A stretch of DNA of 61,475 bases, counting the filler. It is 6 parts of 6 records of this genome, joined end to end, with 100 filler letters (N's around TTAATTAATTAA, not from the genome) between each part and the next. Parts side by side here need not be neighbours in the genome. Positions count along the whole stretch, not along the records: positions 15,911 to 22,939 come from SRR31147125_2829; positions 23,040 to 29,570 come from SRR31147125_2860; 4 more parts are not named here. One strand, given 5' to 3'. Made by a program: the position numbers and the translations under genes. Position 1 is the first letter of the stretch. Every line of letters begins with the position of its first letter. The notes below the pieces were generated by a model. The model was not told the DNA's origin, did not search any database, and was given only the letters and a program-made list of their open reading frames with translations. Shown one piece after another: positions 18,647 to 27,762 of this stretch.

Positions 18647-19369
18647 TCACCTGATCACCACCAACACCACCTCCCCGCTCATAATGGCAATAAAACAACT
18701 GGACAACGTGCCGATCAAATAATACTCGGCAAATCCCTTGATTTTCATCTCTTCGAACCGGGCAACAGATTTGGCGGCAATGACAAATCCTATGGCAGTA
18801 AGATTATCCGACAGGATAAACAAAAAAATCAACAACCGTTCCATCTCTCCAATCAATCGACCGGTTTTATCCACCTGCGGAAAAGGATTATTATTTCTCA
18901 CCTTACCCAGTAACGCGCGCACCAATGACGTGCCTCCACGCATCAAAAAGACAGTAGCAGCAAGATAGATACAACATTTGTAATATAACGGAAAATACAT
19001 TAAATAAGCAGCCAGGACGCGATCCCCAGGCATGGGACGGAACAACAGAAGAGTCACCCAGATAATCAGGATATGTAATCCCAGATCTCCCGCTTCCAAC
19101 TCGAACCGGTAAAACGGTTTCTTTTCCTGCAAAAGGATCTTGACATAGTCTATAATTCCATGCAAAACAGTCTGTATGAATATCGCTGCAATGATTCTCC
19201 AGGAAAACCAATAAACAGAAAGCACCATGGCAGATAGTGCATAACTGATGACATGTTTGATAAAAGCAAAAACATTTTTTTCTTCTTTTCGTTGTACCAA
19301 TCCCGGCCCCTGAAAAGCATAATCTGCCAGCATATGAGCGGTTACGAGGATAATCATTAATTCTTTCAT
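18647..19369 (-). CDS. DUF3307 membrane protein (SatE-like)
   Basis: AHMLADYAFQ, KH, HGIIDYVK, DLGLH, GRLIGEMERLL, AAKSVARF, AEYYLIGTL; several TM segments. Confidence 0.85.
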   Translation of the reverse strand: MKELMIILVTAHMLADYAFQGPGLVQRKEEKNVFAFIKHVISYALSAMVLSVYWFSWRIIAAIFIQTVLHGIIDYVKILLQEKKPFYRFELEAGDLGLHILIIWVTLLLFRPMPGDRVLAAYLMYFPLYYKCCIYLAATVFLMRGGTSLVRALLGKVRNNNPFPQVDKTGRLIGEMERLLIFLFILSDNLTAIGFVIAAKSVARFEEMKIKGFAEYYLIGTLSSCFIAIMSGEVVLVVIR

Positions 19370-19428
19370 TTTTACCCCCCATGGTTTAAAAAAATTTGTT
19401 AGAACAAGCTATATCCATAAAATAATCT

Positions 19429-19553
19429 TGTCAACCATTTTTGGTTGACAGAGCCCTTGTCAACCATTTTTGATTGACAAGGCGATCTGTATAACTTTGC
19501 TTTAGTCAGTCAAAAATGACTGACTCGAACCAAGTCAGTCATTTTTGACTGAC
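19429..19553. promoter_or_regulatory. Four palindromic boxes GTCARYCA-W4-TGRYTGAC with probable minus-strand promoter of DUF3307
   Basis: Boxes start at 19430, 19459, 19505 and 19534. Minus-strand TTGACA (19434-19429), 17 nt, TAGCTT. Confidence 0.8.
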
Positions 19554-19607
19554 CGACAAAAGGTAATAGTATTCATTTAACAACAGCTACACCCCTGGTA
19601 TAGCATA

Positions 19608-20249
19608 TTAAATAGCATCATTCCTAAATGTAAGTAATTGATATATACCAGTCCAACCCCCTTTATAAATTTCATAATTTGCTGCTTTTAATACCTCAAA
19701 GACAGTTTGTTTCTTTATACCTAATTCCTTCGCCACAGCGACCTGATCTTTTACATCTTTATACACAGCAATAACCTCCCGTTGCCGCTTTTTCCAACTT
19801 TTCCGGATATGATTCGTATTCTGAAACAATGCATTCAAGGCCGTGTTCATTTCAAATCCTTTAAAAAACAGATACTCGCTCTCTTTTTTTGCTTCTTCGA
19901 TAGCCTGACGGGCGAGATGAAAACAGGGGCCATCCATACCAATCGTTTCAGATTTCAGATCCGTGGACAGACTGCCCAAACCAATGCCGAACCGGGTCTG
20001 CACATTATAGCCAAACTTTGACTCGTAAAATTCTAAAAATTTTTGAAATGGAAATGTTCGCAACACCAGGCCCTGAAATTCATCTCCAAGCGTCACAACA
20101 AATCGGGATACAATGCTCTCTTGATAATCGCTTTTATTAATATCTGTCAGGACCTGAGACATTCTACTCTGCACATCATTCCTGTTCTCCAACAGCCGTG
20201 ATCCCACCAGATCACCTATGATTGCGATATACATATCTGTTTGACCCAT
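19608..20249 (-). CDS. satD: SatD family protein (nucleotide-cyclase-like domain + C-terminal HTH)
   Basis: YIAIIGDLVGSR, TLGDEFQG, RFGIGLG, MDGPCFHLAR; C-terminal QVAVAKELGIKKQTV HTH. Confidence 0.85.
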   Translation of the reverse strand: MGQTDMYIAIIGDLVGSRLLENRNDVQSRMSQVLTDINKSDYQESIVSRFVVTLGDEFQGLVLRTFPFQKFLEFYESKFGYNVQTRFGIGLGSLSTDLKSETIGMDGPCFHLARQAIEEAKKESEYLFFKGFEMNTALNALFQNTNHIRKSWKKRQREVIAVYKDVKDQVAVAKELGIKKQTVFEVLKAANYEIYKGGWTGIYQLLTFRNDAI

Positions 20250-20511
20250 GACATCTCCAAAAAAAATACCGTTTGCAGTAAAATATAAATCGGTATGAAT
20301 TTAATTAAGGGGGCTAAATTCCCGGGAACAAAAAAAGGCATAAGCGAATTTCGTTTAAAATCCGGTTACACCTTTAAATTAACATAAGAGCTCCCCAACT
20401 CAAATTAATTATTTATTTCTTGATTCATTTTATTAAAATAGAAACGAAATTGCAAGTTTTTTTTACCTTATGTACCATATTTTTTCTTTGAACCGATCCA
20501 CGTCCTCCGAA

Positions 20512-20536
20512 AAGGGGTTTTGGGGGAATGCCCCTT
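20512..20536. repeat. REP-like hairpin repeat, copy 2
   Basis: AAGGGGTTTTGGGGGAATGCCCCTT shares AAGGGG and TGGGGGAATGCCCCTT with 18507-18532. Confidence 0.7.
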
Positions 20537-20641
20537 TAAATACGTTTTAAAATGATTTCAATAAATTTGCACAAGGGAAAATCATAATGTACGTCCATCT
20601 ACATCATCAGATTAATGAGTAAATCAAAAGATTTTATCCAT

Positions 20642-20684
20642 AAAAAATGCCCACCTGGCAAGCTATTTACCAGATGGGCAAAAA
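20642..20684 (-). terminator. Intrinsic terminator of the S8 peptidase gene
   Basis: TGCCCA.CTGG/CCAG.TGGGCA stem; the preceding A run gives a U tract on the minus strand. Confidence 0.7.
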
Positions 20685-20718
20685 CGTTCATAAAAAAGAT
20701 ATTAATCCAGGGTAAAAT

Positions 20719-22937
20719 TTACCGCACCAGCAGAAATTTTTCTGATACATTCTGTGAAGCTGTTTGTAAACGGAGAAAATAAATACCACTCACAAGCACA
20801 TTTCCCTGTTCATTGCGGCCATCCCAGTTGATCCTGTGTTGCCCGCTATTTTTATATTCCTGCAGTAAGGTGCGCACACGTTGTCCCATTGTATTGTAGA
20901 CATCAAGTGTCACCTGGCCTGGTTCATCAATTGTAAATGCCACAGTTGTTGAAGGATTTGCAGGATTGGGAAAAGCAGTGAGTGATGTACCAACAATACT
21001 GGCAGCGTTTGCGCCAGAGACTGTTATAAAATTGCTCAGCATGCTGTTAGCCACATCCCAGGAATAACCATCAAGAACCACACTTTCAATAGTAAATGTA
21101 AATGTGCCGCTGGCGGACTTTACTTTATCAGATTCAGCCGTTCCAAGACCATTCTCATCTGTCGCAAATACGTCCACATCTGTTGTTAATCCGCTCCACT
21201 GTCCTGTGACAGTTGCTCCTGGAAGGGGAGCATTCGAGTTATCCAGCACTGTCACGCCAGCAGTGGCCGATGTAAATACATTTTTTCCACGTGTACTGGT
21301 TACTGTACTCATTGCAATGCTCACAACTCTCATTTCCTGACCAGATTGCGGGTTTGTCACGGTTACGGTTGTGGAAGCAGGATCGGAATCCAGTTCTCCA
21401 TCATTTACAACCAGGGATACATTAAAAGTGCCAGTCGATGTATAGGTGTGTACAGGTGCCACTCCAGTACCACTGTTTCCATCACCAAAATCCCAGGCAT
21501 ACGTCAATAGATCACCATCCTGATCTCCAGATCCGGAACCATCAAATGTTAAAGGTGTGTTAACGGTCACGGCATAAGGACCGCCTGCGTCCGCCACAGG
21601 TGCATGGTTTTGTGGCTGGGGTGGAGTTGCATTTAACGCCGCGGCAGCATCGACGATCCCGTGCCCGTAAATCGGATCCCAGTCCGGATCGCCATGATCC
21701 TCAGCGGTTGACTGTAAAACACTGCGGACTGCATCAGGTCCTGTCACACCATTGGCGATAACCAATGCAGCCACACCAGCAACATGTGGGGAGGCCATGG
21801 AGGTACCTGTGTAAAAGTAATAACCAAAATCACCCGGTTTCCTACCAAAGGTTTGCTGTAATACACCGTCTCCATATCCATCATTATTCTGATCTACATC
21901 AAGATCTCCTCCAGGTGCTGTCAGATCCAGAGAAGTTCCGGTATTGGAATAAGACGCAACCTGTTCATCATATCGTGTCGCACCGACAGCAATAACAAAT
22001 TCATCATAAGCTGCCGGATAACCCACCTCAGAGGACCCATCATTTCCCGATGCAGCAATAATGGTTACACCACGATTATAGGCGTATTGAACAGCATCAC
22101 GAACAGTCGCACCTGGATCATATCCTGGAGGCCAGCCAAGACTCATATTGATGACATCCGCTCCATTATCAGCTGCGAAATATAAACCATCTGCAAGAGC
22201 TGTGGCTGTTCCCGATCCCCTTGCATTAAGTACCTTGACAGGCATAATCGAAGAATTATAAGCAATTCCAGCCACGCCAAGATCATTATTTGTTGTTTGG
22301 GCAACGGTTCCGGCTACATGTGTACCATGTCCTTCATCATCATTGGGATGGCTGTCATTATTAATAAAATCATAACCGGGTACAAAATTCGTCCCCGCCA
22401 GGTCCGGAGCCAACAGGTATTTTCGTTCATAGTTTTCATAGGCAACACCGGAATCAAGAATACCGATAATCACATCGGAACTGCCTCCAGGCTGCACATC
22501 CCAGGCCGTTTCCATATGAATGCCACCATATTCAGCATTGTAAAAGTGCCATTGATAAGGTTGATATAATGGATCGTTGGGGACATTAAACGCATAGCAA
22601 ATGGCATTGGGCTCAGCATAAGCCACATTCGGATTTTTCTGATATATCTCAACCATCTCTGCTACTGTTTTTGTACTGGGAATACGGAGCCGTTTAAATC
22701 CGGCAAAAGGGCTGGTATACAAAACGGATGCACCATGTAGATTATTCAATCGTTCAACCACAAAATCGGGTACACCTGTTTTGAACTTGACAACAATCTC
22801 AGTCTGCACAAATTCGACACCAGCGGGGTTCACCCTAAGTGGTTTATCCTTAAATTCTTGTGCAACTGAGGTTAACGTTAGTAGACACAAAAAATTAAGA
22901 AACAAAAAAACACCTATTATTGTTTTTTTCTTATCAT
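20719..22937 (-). CDS. Secreted S8 subtilisin-like protease with PKD domain and FlgD-Ig/secretion-type C-terminal domain
   Basis: ILDSG, GHGTHVAGT, GTSMASPHVAG triad; PKD YAWDFGDG; C-terminal FPNPANPST..YN.MGQRV..WDGRN..SGIYF. ATG at 22937 is one base out of frame at a T7 run; in-frame TTG at 22905. Confidence 0.9.
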
Positions 22938-22939
22938 TC

Positions 22940-23039
22940 NNNNNNNNNNNNNNNNNNNNNNNNNNNNNNNNNNNNNNNNNNNNTTAATTAATTAANNNNN
23001 NNNNNNNNNNNNNNNNNNNNNNNNNNNNNNNNNNNNNNN
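22940..23039. other. Artificial contig linker
   Basis: N runs around TTAATTAATTAA. Confidence 0.98.
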
Positions 23040-24194
23040 AAAAAAATTGAAATAGTAAATAGTAAGAGAAGCTTTAGAAATATAGAAAAGTTTTCTAAAT
23101 TAGAGGATCGTATAAATAATATTAAATCAAAAATTAAATTAGAACTTGAAGAGAGATTTAAGAGGCTAATTAATAATGAAAAATATGATATTCTAAAAAC
23201 TTTTACTAAAAAAAATCCTAACCTTGAACTGGAAAGTGAATTGTTAGAATATGAAAATCTTTCGCAAGAAAGTTATACGAAAATTAATTACCTTAAGAAA
23301 CAAAGAGACATTATTAATCCAATAAAAGCTAAAATGAGAGTAATATCTTTACAACCAGATGGTCAGCCTAAATTAAGAGCTATTGAAAAATTTGAGGGGG
23401 AAATAATTAGAAATTTGGATATAGAGAATCATATTAGGTTTAAAATTTTAAGTTATTTTGAAGATAAGTATTTAAATTTGGTTGATTCTCTTAAACTTAA
23501 TACTGAAAACTATGATATTAAAATTACTGATCTCCTTCAAAATAGACACTATAAAATTTTCTTTAGAGCTGATAAAATAATAAGAATAGGCAGACGTGGC
23601 GAACCACTAAACGATATACCGTTGTATTGTAAATATGTAGAAAAAGAGCATATGGCAATCGATTTAAAAAGAAGAAAAATTATAAATTATTATGAACAAG
23701 ATGAAAATAATGAAAAAATCTTTTATAAGACTTTTGTTAATGGTGGAAGTTTAATAGACTTTACCAGTTTAGATGCAAGACATGATAAAATCGAATTAGC
23801 TGAATTATTCGAATTTGATCTTAAAACTATATCTGATGAGGTATTAACATTGAATTTCATAAAAACGCACGACATAAATAACTGTAACAATTGTCCAGAA
23901 AAAGTTAAAAATTGTAAAGGATGTAAAATAGAGTATATAGAAACTCTAAAAAATACAACGTTCATTTTTATTAAAAAAGATTTTGGAAATATTTTCTTTG
24001 AAGACCTTTCCGGTGATGTTGTCAGTGCTGATAACTATAAAAAGAAAGGTTTAGAAATAAGTTTTGATAAGGGTAAAATATTAGCTGACTGCCCCGCGTT
24101 TAGTAGTGAAAAGAACATGATTACAGAAAAAGAGTTTACATTGCGCGACAGGTTCAATTTTAAAATTACAAAGATTACATCAGTGAATTATTAA
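23040..24194 (+). CDS. Hypothetical protein (5' truncated) with FHA-like segment and Cys cluster
   Basis: Frame is open from the contig start; IIRIGRRGEPLNDIPL..YVEKEH..I..TFVNG; CNNCPEKVKNCKGC. Confidence 0.55.
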   Translation, partial: KKIEIVNSKRSFRNIEKFSKLEDRINNIKSKIKLELEERFKRLINNEKYDILKTFTKKNPNLELESELLEYENLSQESYTKINYLKKQRDIINPIKAKMRVISLQPDGQPKLRAIEKFEGEIIRNLDIENHIRFKILSYFEDKYLNLVDSLKLNTENYDIKITDLLQNRHYKIFFRADKIIRIGRRGEPLNDIPLYCKYVEKEHMAIDLKRRKIINYYEQDENNEKIFYKTFVNGGSLIDFTSLDARHDKIELAELFEFDLKTISDEVLTLNFIKTHDINNCNNCPEKVKNCKGCKIEYIETLKNTTFIFIKKDFGNIFFEDLSGDVVSADNYKKKGLEISFDKGKILADCPAFSSEKNMITEKEFTLRDRFNFKITKITSVNY

Positions 24195-24479
24195 ATGTTT
24201 GTGGAATTCTCATAATCTAAACTTTATAATTAAAAGTTCTTTAAATACCATATATTTATTAGGCTCTGACTGGCTGAAAAGTTGATTTATTTTTGATAAA
24301 TCTTGATTCTTTTCTTGATCAATCAGAGCTTTTTGTATATATTTATAAATGTTGGGGAATATTTTTTAGAGTATAATTAAGTATCAGAAGCGTTGTTTGA
24401 TTGCAATAAAACTTCTATTTTCTACTTTGACATGTTATAATTTCAATTGTAATTATTTAGATTAAGTGGAGAGGATAAT

Positions 24480-26389
24480 ATGAAAAAGTTATTATTGCTT
24501 CTTATATTAGTTTTAGCTGGTTTTGGTTGTAGGAAGGTTTCAGACGAAGATGATCCAGTTGTGTTAGTGAGTATTGCAGTTACTAACATGCCAACTCAAA
24601 CCTCTTATTATGTAAATGACAACTTTGATCCATTAGGAATGGTAATAACTGGAAGTTATTCAAACGGTTCAAGAGCAACAATACCAACCGAAGATACAAC
24701 TCTTTCAGGTTATGATAGCAGTACAGCAGGTACAAAGACCATCACTGTTACTTATGGCGGTAAGTCAACCAATCTCGCAGTAACTGTTGCAGATCCTGCA
24801 ATTGTTGCTATAGAGCTCACTACAGAACCAACAAAAATAGCATACTCAGTAGGTGATTCATTGGATTTATCCGGAATGGAGTTAACAGCTGTTGCAATTA
24901 ATGGAAGTAGAAATATTATAGATAATTCAGACGTAACAACTGACTTTGATAGTAGTGAACTTGGAAGTAAAAAACTAACTGTTTCTTATTTGGAATTTGA
25001 GGCCAAAAAAAGGTTATGTTAACATTTTCTGATTTAACTGGCCCAATAGTTGGAAATAGTGGAACAATTGAAAGCTCTGATATAGCTTCTGATAAATTTA
25101 CTCTGACTTGGACAGTATCCACTGACAATGTTAGTGCATCATCTGATTTAGGCTATAAAGTGGTTTACTCAAAATCAGATAATATAGATTCTGTTGATAA
25201 TGCAGAAGCAAATGGAACAACAGCTCAAGATTGGATGAATAACATATTAACTTATGAAATAAGTGGTTTAAACCCGTCAACAGTTTATTATTTTAATGTA
25301 TTAGTAAAAGATGAAGTGGGAAATAAATCTGTTTACACTACTAATAGTGTAACAACACTCCGAAATTGGACTAATTTTGGAAGTGCTGGCTTTACTGAGA
25401 GTAAAGTTAGGTATACTGATTTGGAACTAGATAGTAGTAACAATGTGTATGCATCATTTCAGGATAGAGGAAATTTTGAAAATGCAACAGTTATGACATA
25501 CAATGGAAGTAACTGGGAACTAGTTGGAGATGCTGGCTTTAGTGAGAGTAAAGTAGAATACCTAGATCTTGAGATTGATGGTAATGATACTTTATACGTT
25601 GCTTATAGACACATTTCAAGTAATAATAAAGCAACAGTAATGACATATAATGGGAATAGCTGGGAATATGTTGGAAGTCCAGGATTTAGTATCAAGGATG
25701 TGGCGTTTATTAAATTAAGGTTCGATAGTACTAATACTCCATATGTTGTATATAGTGATGGAGGAAATAGTGATAGAATAACAGTAATGAAATACAATGG
25801 AAGCAGCTGGGTTAATGTTGGAGATGCTGGCTTTAGTTCCAGTGAAGTGTATTACACTGATATCGAGTTTGATAGCAGTGACGTACCATATGTGGTATAT
25901 AAAGATAAAGACTCTTTAGATATAACAGTAATGAAATATGATGGGACTAATTGGGTAGGTGTGGGAGAATCTTCAATTAGCGATTATATGGTAAACTATA
26001 CTGATTTGGAATTAGATAGTAATGATACTCCTTATATAGTTTATGGTGATGCCTCTAATATTAATCATGGAAAAGCAACAGTAAAAAAATATAATGGAAG
26101 TAGTTGGGAAATTGTTGGTGATCCTGCCTTTAGTTCTGCTACAGTTGCTGACATTGATTTGGAATTAAATAGTAACGATGAATTATTTGTTTCTTATAGA
26201 TATAATAGTAATCCAAGAAAAGCAACCGTGAAGAAATTTGATGGAATTGAATGGAAAACTATTGGAACTGTCGGCTTTACGCCTGGTGCAGTAAAATATA
26301 CTGATCTTGAGTTTGATAGTGACGATAATCCGTATATAATTTATCAAGATGACTCAAATTCTGACAAAGCAACAGTAATGAAATATTAA
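24480..26389 (+). CDS. Surface lipoprotein: 2 bacterial Ig-like domains, Fn3 and 7-blade beta-propeller; split by frameshift at A7 run 25005-25011
   Basis: Lipobox GFGC; two SIAVT..P..T.Y..GD..D..GM repeats; Fn3 LTW..Y.V..SGLNPSTVYYFNVLVKD; seven ~48-aa W..VG.AGFS..KATVMKYNG repeats. Adding one A joins the two ORFs. Confidence 0.75.
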
Positions 26390-26414
26390 AAAAATCTTTA
26401 ATTTATTAATAAAG

Positions 26415-26459
26415 AATAAGAGGGTAATAGAATTTAAAATTCTGTGACCCTCTTATTTT
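26415..26459 (+). terminator. Intrinsic terminator
   Basis: AATAAGAGGGT/ACCCTCTTATT stem followed by T run. Confidence 0.8.
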
Positions 26460-26509
26460 GTTATATCAGATTGCTATTTAATTGATAGCATCTATGAAAG
26501 AATTTTGAT

Positions 26510-26586
26510 TTGACAAGTAACACTCCTTGTGCTATACTAAAGTTGTCACATAGAAACAACTTTGAATCATTTAATGAATTGCCACT
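26510..26586 (+). promoter_or_regulatory. Sigma70 promoter with conserved operator/leader, copy 1
   Basis: TTGACA(26510), 17 nt, TATACT(26533) with extended TG; GTAAC-N23-GTCAC. Confidence 0.8.
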
Positions 26587-26608
26587 ATAAAAAAATCTAG
26601 GAGGGTGT

Positions 26609-27574
26609 ATGAAGAACTTAAAAACTATGTTGCTATTAGTTGTCACACTAACTTTATTCGCAGCATGTAAAACAGAGAAAAAGAAAATTATAATGGGTGA
26701 GGCTGGTTGGGATAGTGCTTCTTTCCACAGTCAGGTTGCTAAATTTATCATTGAGAATGCTTATGATACAGAAGTAGAATTAGTACTTTCAGATACAGTT
26801 GTTCAAGTCTCAAGTTTAACTACAAAAGATATGGATGTTGCTTTAGAGATTTGGTCAGAAAATGTACCTAGCTATACTGAGGATATCAAAAAAGGAAAAT
26901 ACCTTGAATTAGGTACAAACTTTGATGATAACATGCAGGGAGTATATGTTCCAAAATACTTAGTTGAGGGACCTGATGCTCTAGCACCAGATCTAAAGAC
27001 AGTTAAAGACCTTAAAAAGTATTCACATTTATTCCCAAATCCAGAAGGTGGAAATAAAGGAATAATTTATGGAGGTCCTGAAGGATGGGGAGCAACTGCA
27101 TTCCTTCATAAAAAAATGAAAGCATATGGCTTAGACGAAACATATGACTTTAGACCTATTGATTCAAGTGCAGCTCTTTCGGCAACTCTATCTGGAGCTT
27201 ATGAGAAAAAAGAGCCTTGGGTTGGATATAACTGGGAACCTACATGGATTATGGGATTATATGATATGGTACTACTAGAAGACGGTTCATATAATGCTGA
27301 GGATTTTGAAAAAGGATTGGGATCATTTGCATCAGTTAATGTAACTATTTGTGCTAATACCGATTTTCCTAAAAATTATCCTGAAGTAAACAAATTCCTG
27401 AGCAATTACCACACTACATCAGCATTAACAAGTAAAGCTCTTGCTTACATGCAAGAAAATGATGTTGAACCTGACATGGCTGCGAAGTGGTTTATCAAAG
27501 AACATAAAGATTTAATTAAAACAATGGTTTCAGCTGATGCTTTTGATAAAGTAATGAAAGCATTAAATAAATAA
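26609..27574 (+). CDS. Glycine betaine/proline ABC substrate-binding lipoprotein (OpuAC/ProX family), paralog 1
   Basis: Lipobox FAAC, GWDS, EIWSEN, GPEGW, WVGYNWEPTWIMG. Confidence 0.88.
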   Translation: MKNLKTMLLLVVTLTLFAACKTEKKKIIMGEAGWDSASFHSQVAKFIIENAYDTEVELVLSDTVVQVSSLTTKDMDVALEIWSENVPSYTEDIKKGKYLELGTNFDDNMQGVYVPKYLVEGPDALAPDLKTVKDLKKYSHLFPNPEGGNKGIIYGGPEGWGATAFLHKKMKAYGLDETYDFRPIDSSAALSATLSGAYEKKEPWVGYNWEPTWIMGLYDMVLLEDGSYNAEDFEKGLGSFASVNVTICANTDFPKNYPEVNKFLSNYHTTSALTSKALAYMQENDVEPDMAAKWFIKEHKDLIKTMVSADAFDKVMKALNK

Positions 27575-27587
27575 TAAGTTTTATTTT

Positions 27588-27630
27588 GAAACTCTTGATT
27601 GTTAATTTCCGATCAAGAGTTTCTTTCTTT
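27588..27630 (+). terminator. Intrinsic terminator
   Basis: GAAACTCTTGAT/ATCAAGAGTTTC stem plus T-rich tail. Confidence 0.8.
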
Positions 27631-27670
27631 AGATCAATGAAATCAATTCTGCCTTATCTTAATTTTATCT

Positions 27671-27723
27671 TACTAAAGCTTGTCACGTAGAGAAAACTCT
27701 ATAAGCTGTTGCTAATTTGCACT
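27671..27723 (+). promoter_or_regulatory. Conserved leader motif, copy 2 (no clear -35)
   Basis: TACTAAAGCTTGTCACGTAGAGAAAACTCTATAAGCT aligns with copies 1 and 3. Confidence 0.65.
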
Positions 27724-27762
27724 GTACAGTATTTTTCTAAAAAAATACTTTGAGGAGGATAT

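Noticed and set aside
19429-19553. Palindrome cluster as a mini CRISPR array
   Set aside because: Gaps are only 9, 26 and 9 nt, the repeats come in two variants, and there are no cas genes. An operator array fits better.
25005-25011. Phase variation of the surface lipoprotein at the A7 tract
   Set aside because: The same one-base loss occurs in engB and other genes, so sequencing error is the simpler explanation.
25367-26389. DNA-level repeats as a diversity-generating retroelement template/variable pair
   Set aside because: The repeats are in-frame propeller blades, differences are not adenine-specific, and no reverse transcriptase is present.
26540-26600. c-di-AMP (ydaO) or other known riboswitch upstream of the betaine-binding genes
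   Set aside because: The leader is too short and lacks the GCTGAA and other conserved ydaO segments I would expect. No known class recognised.
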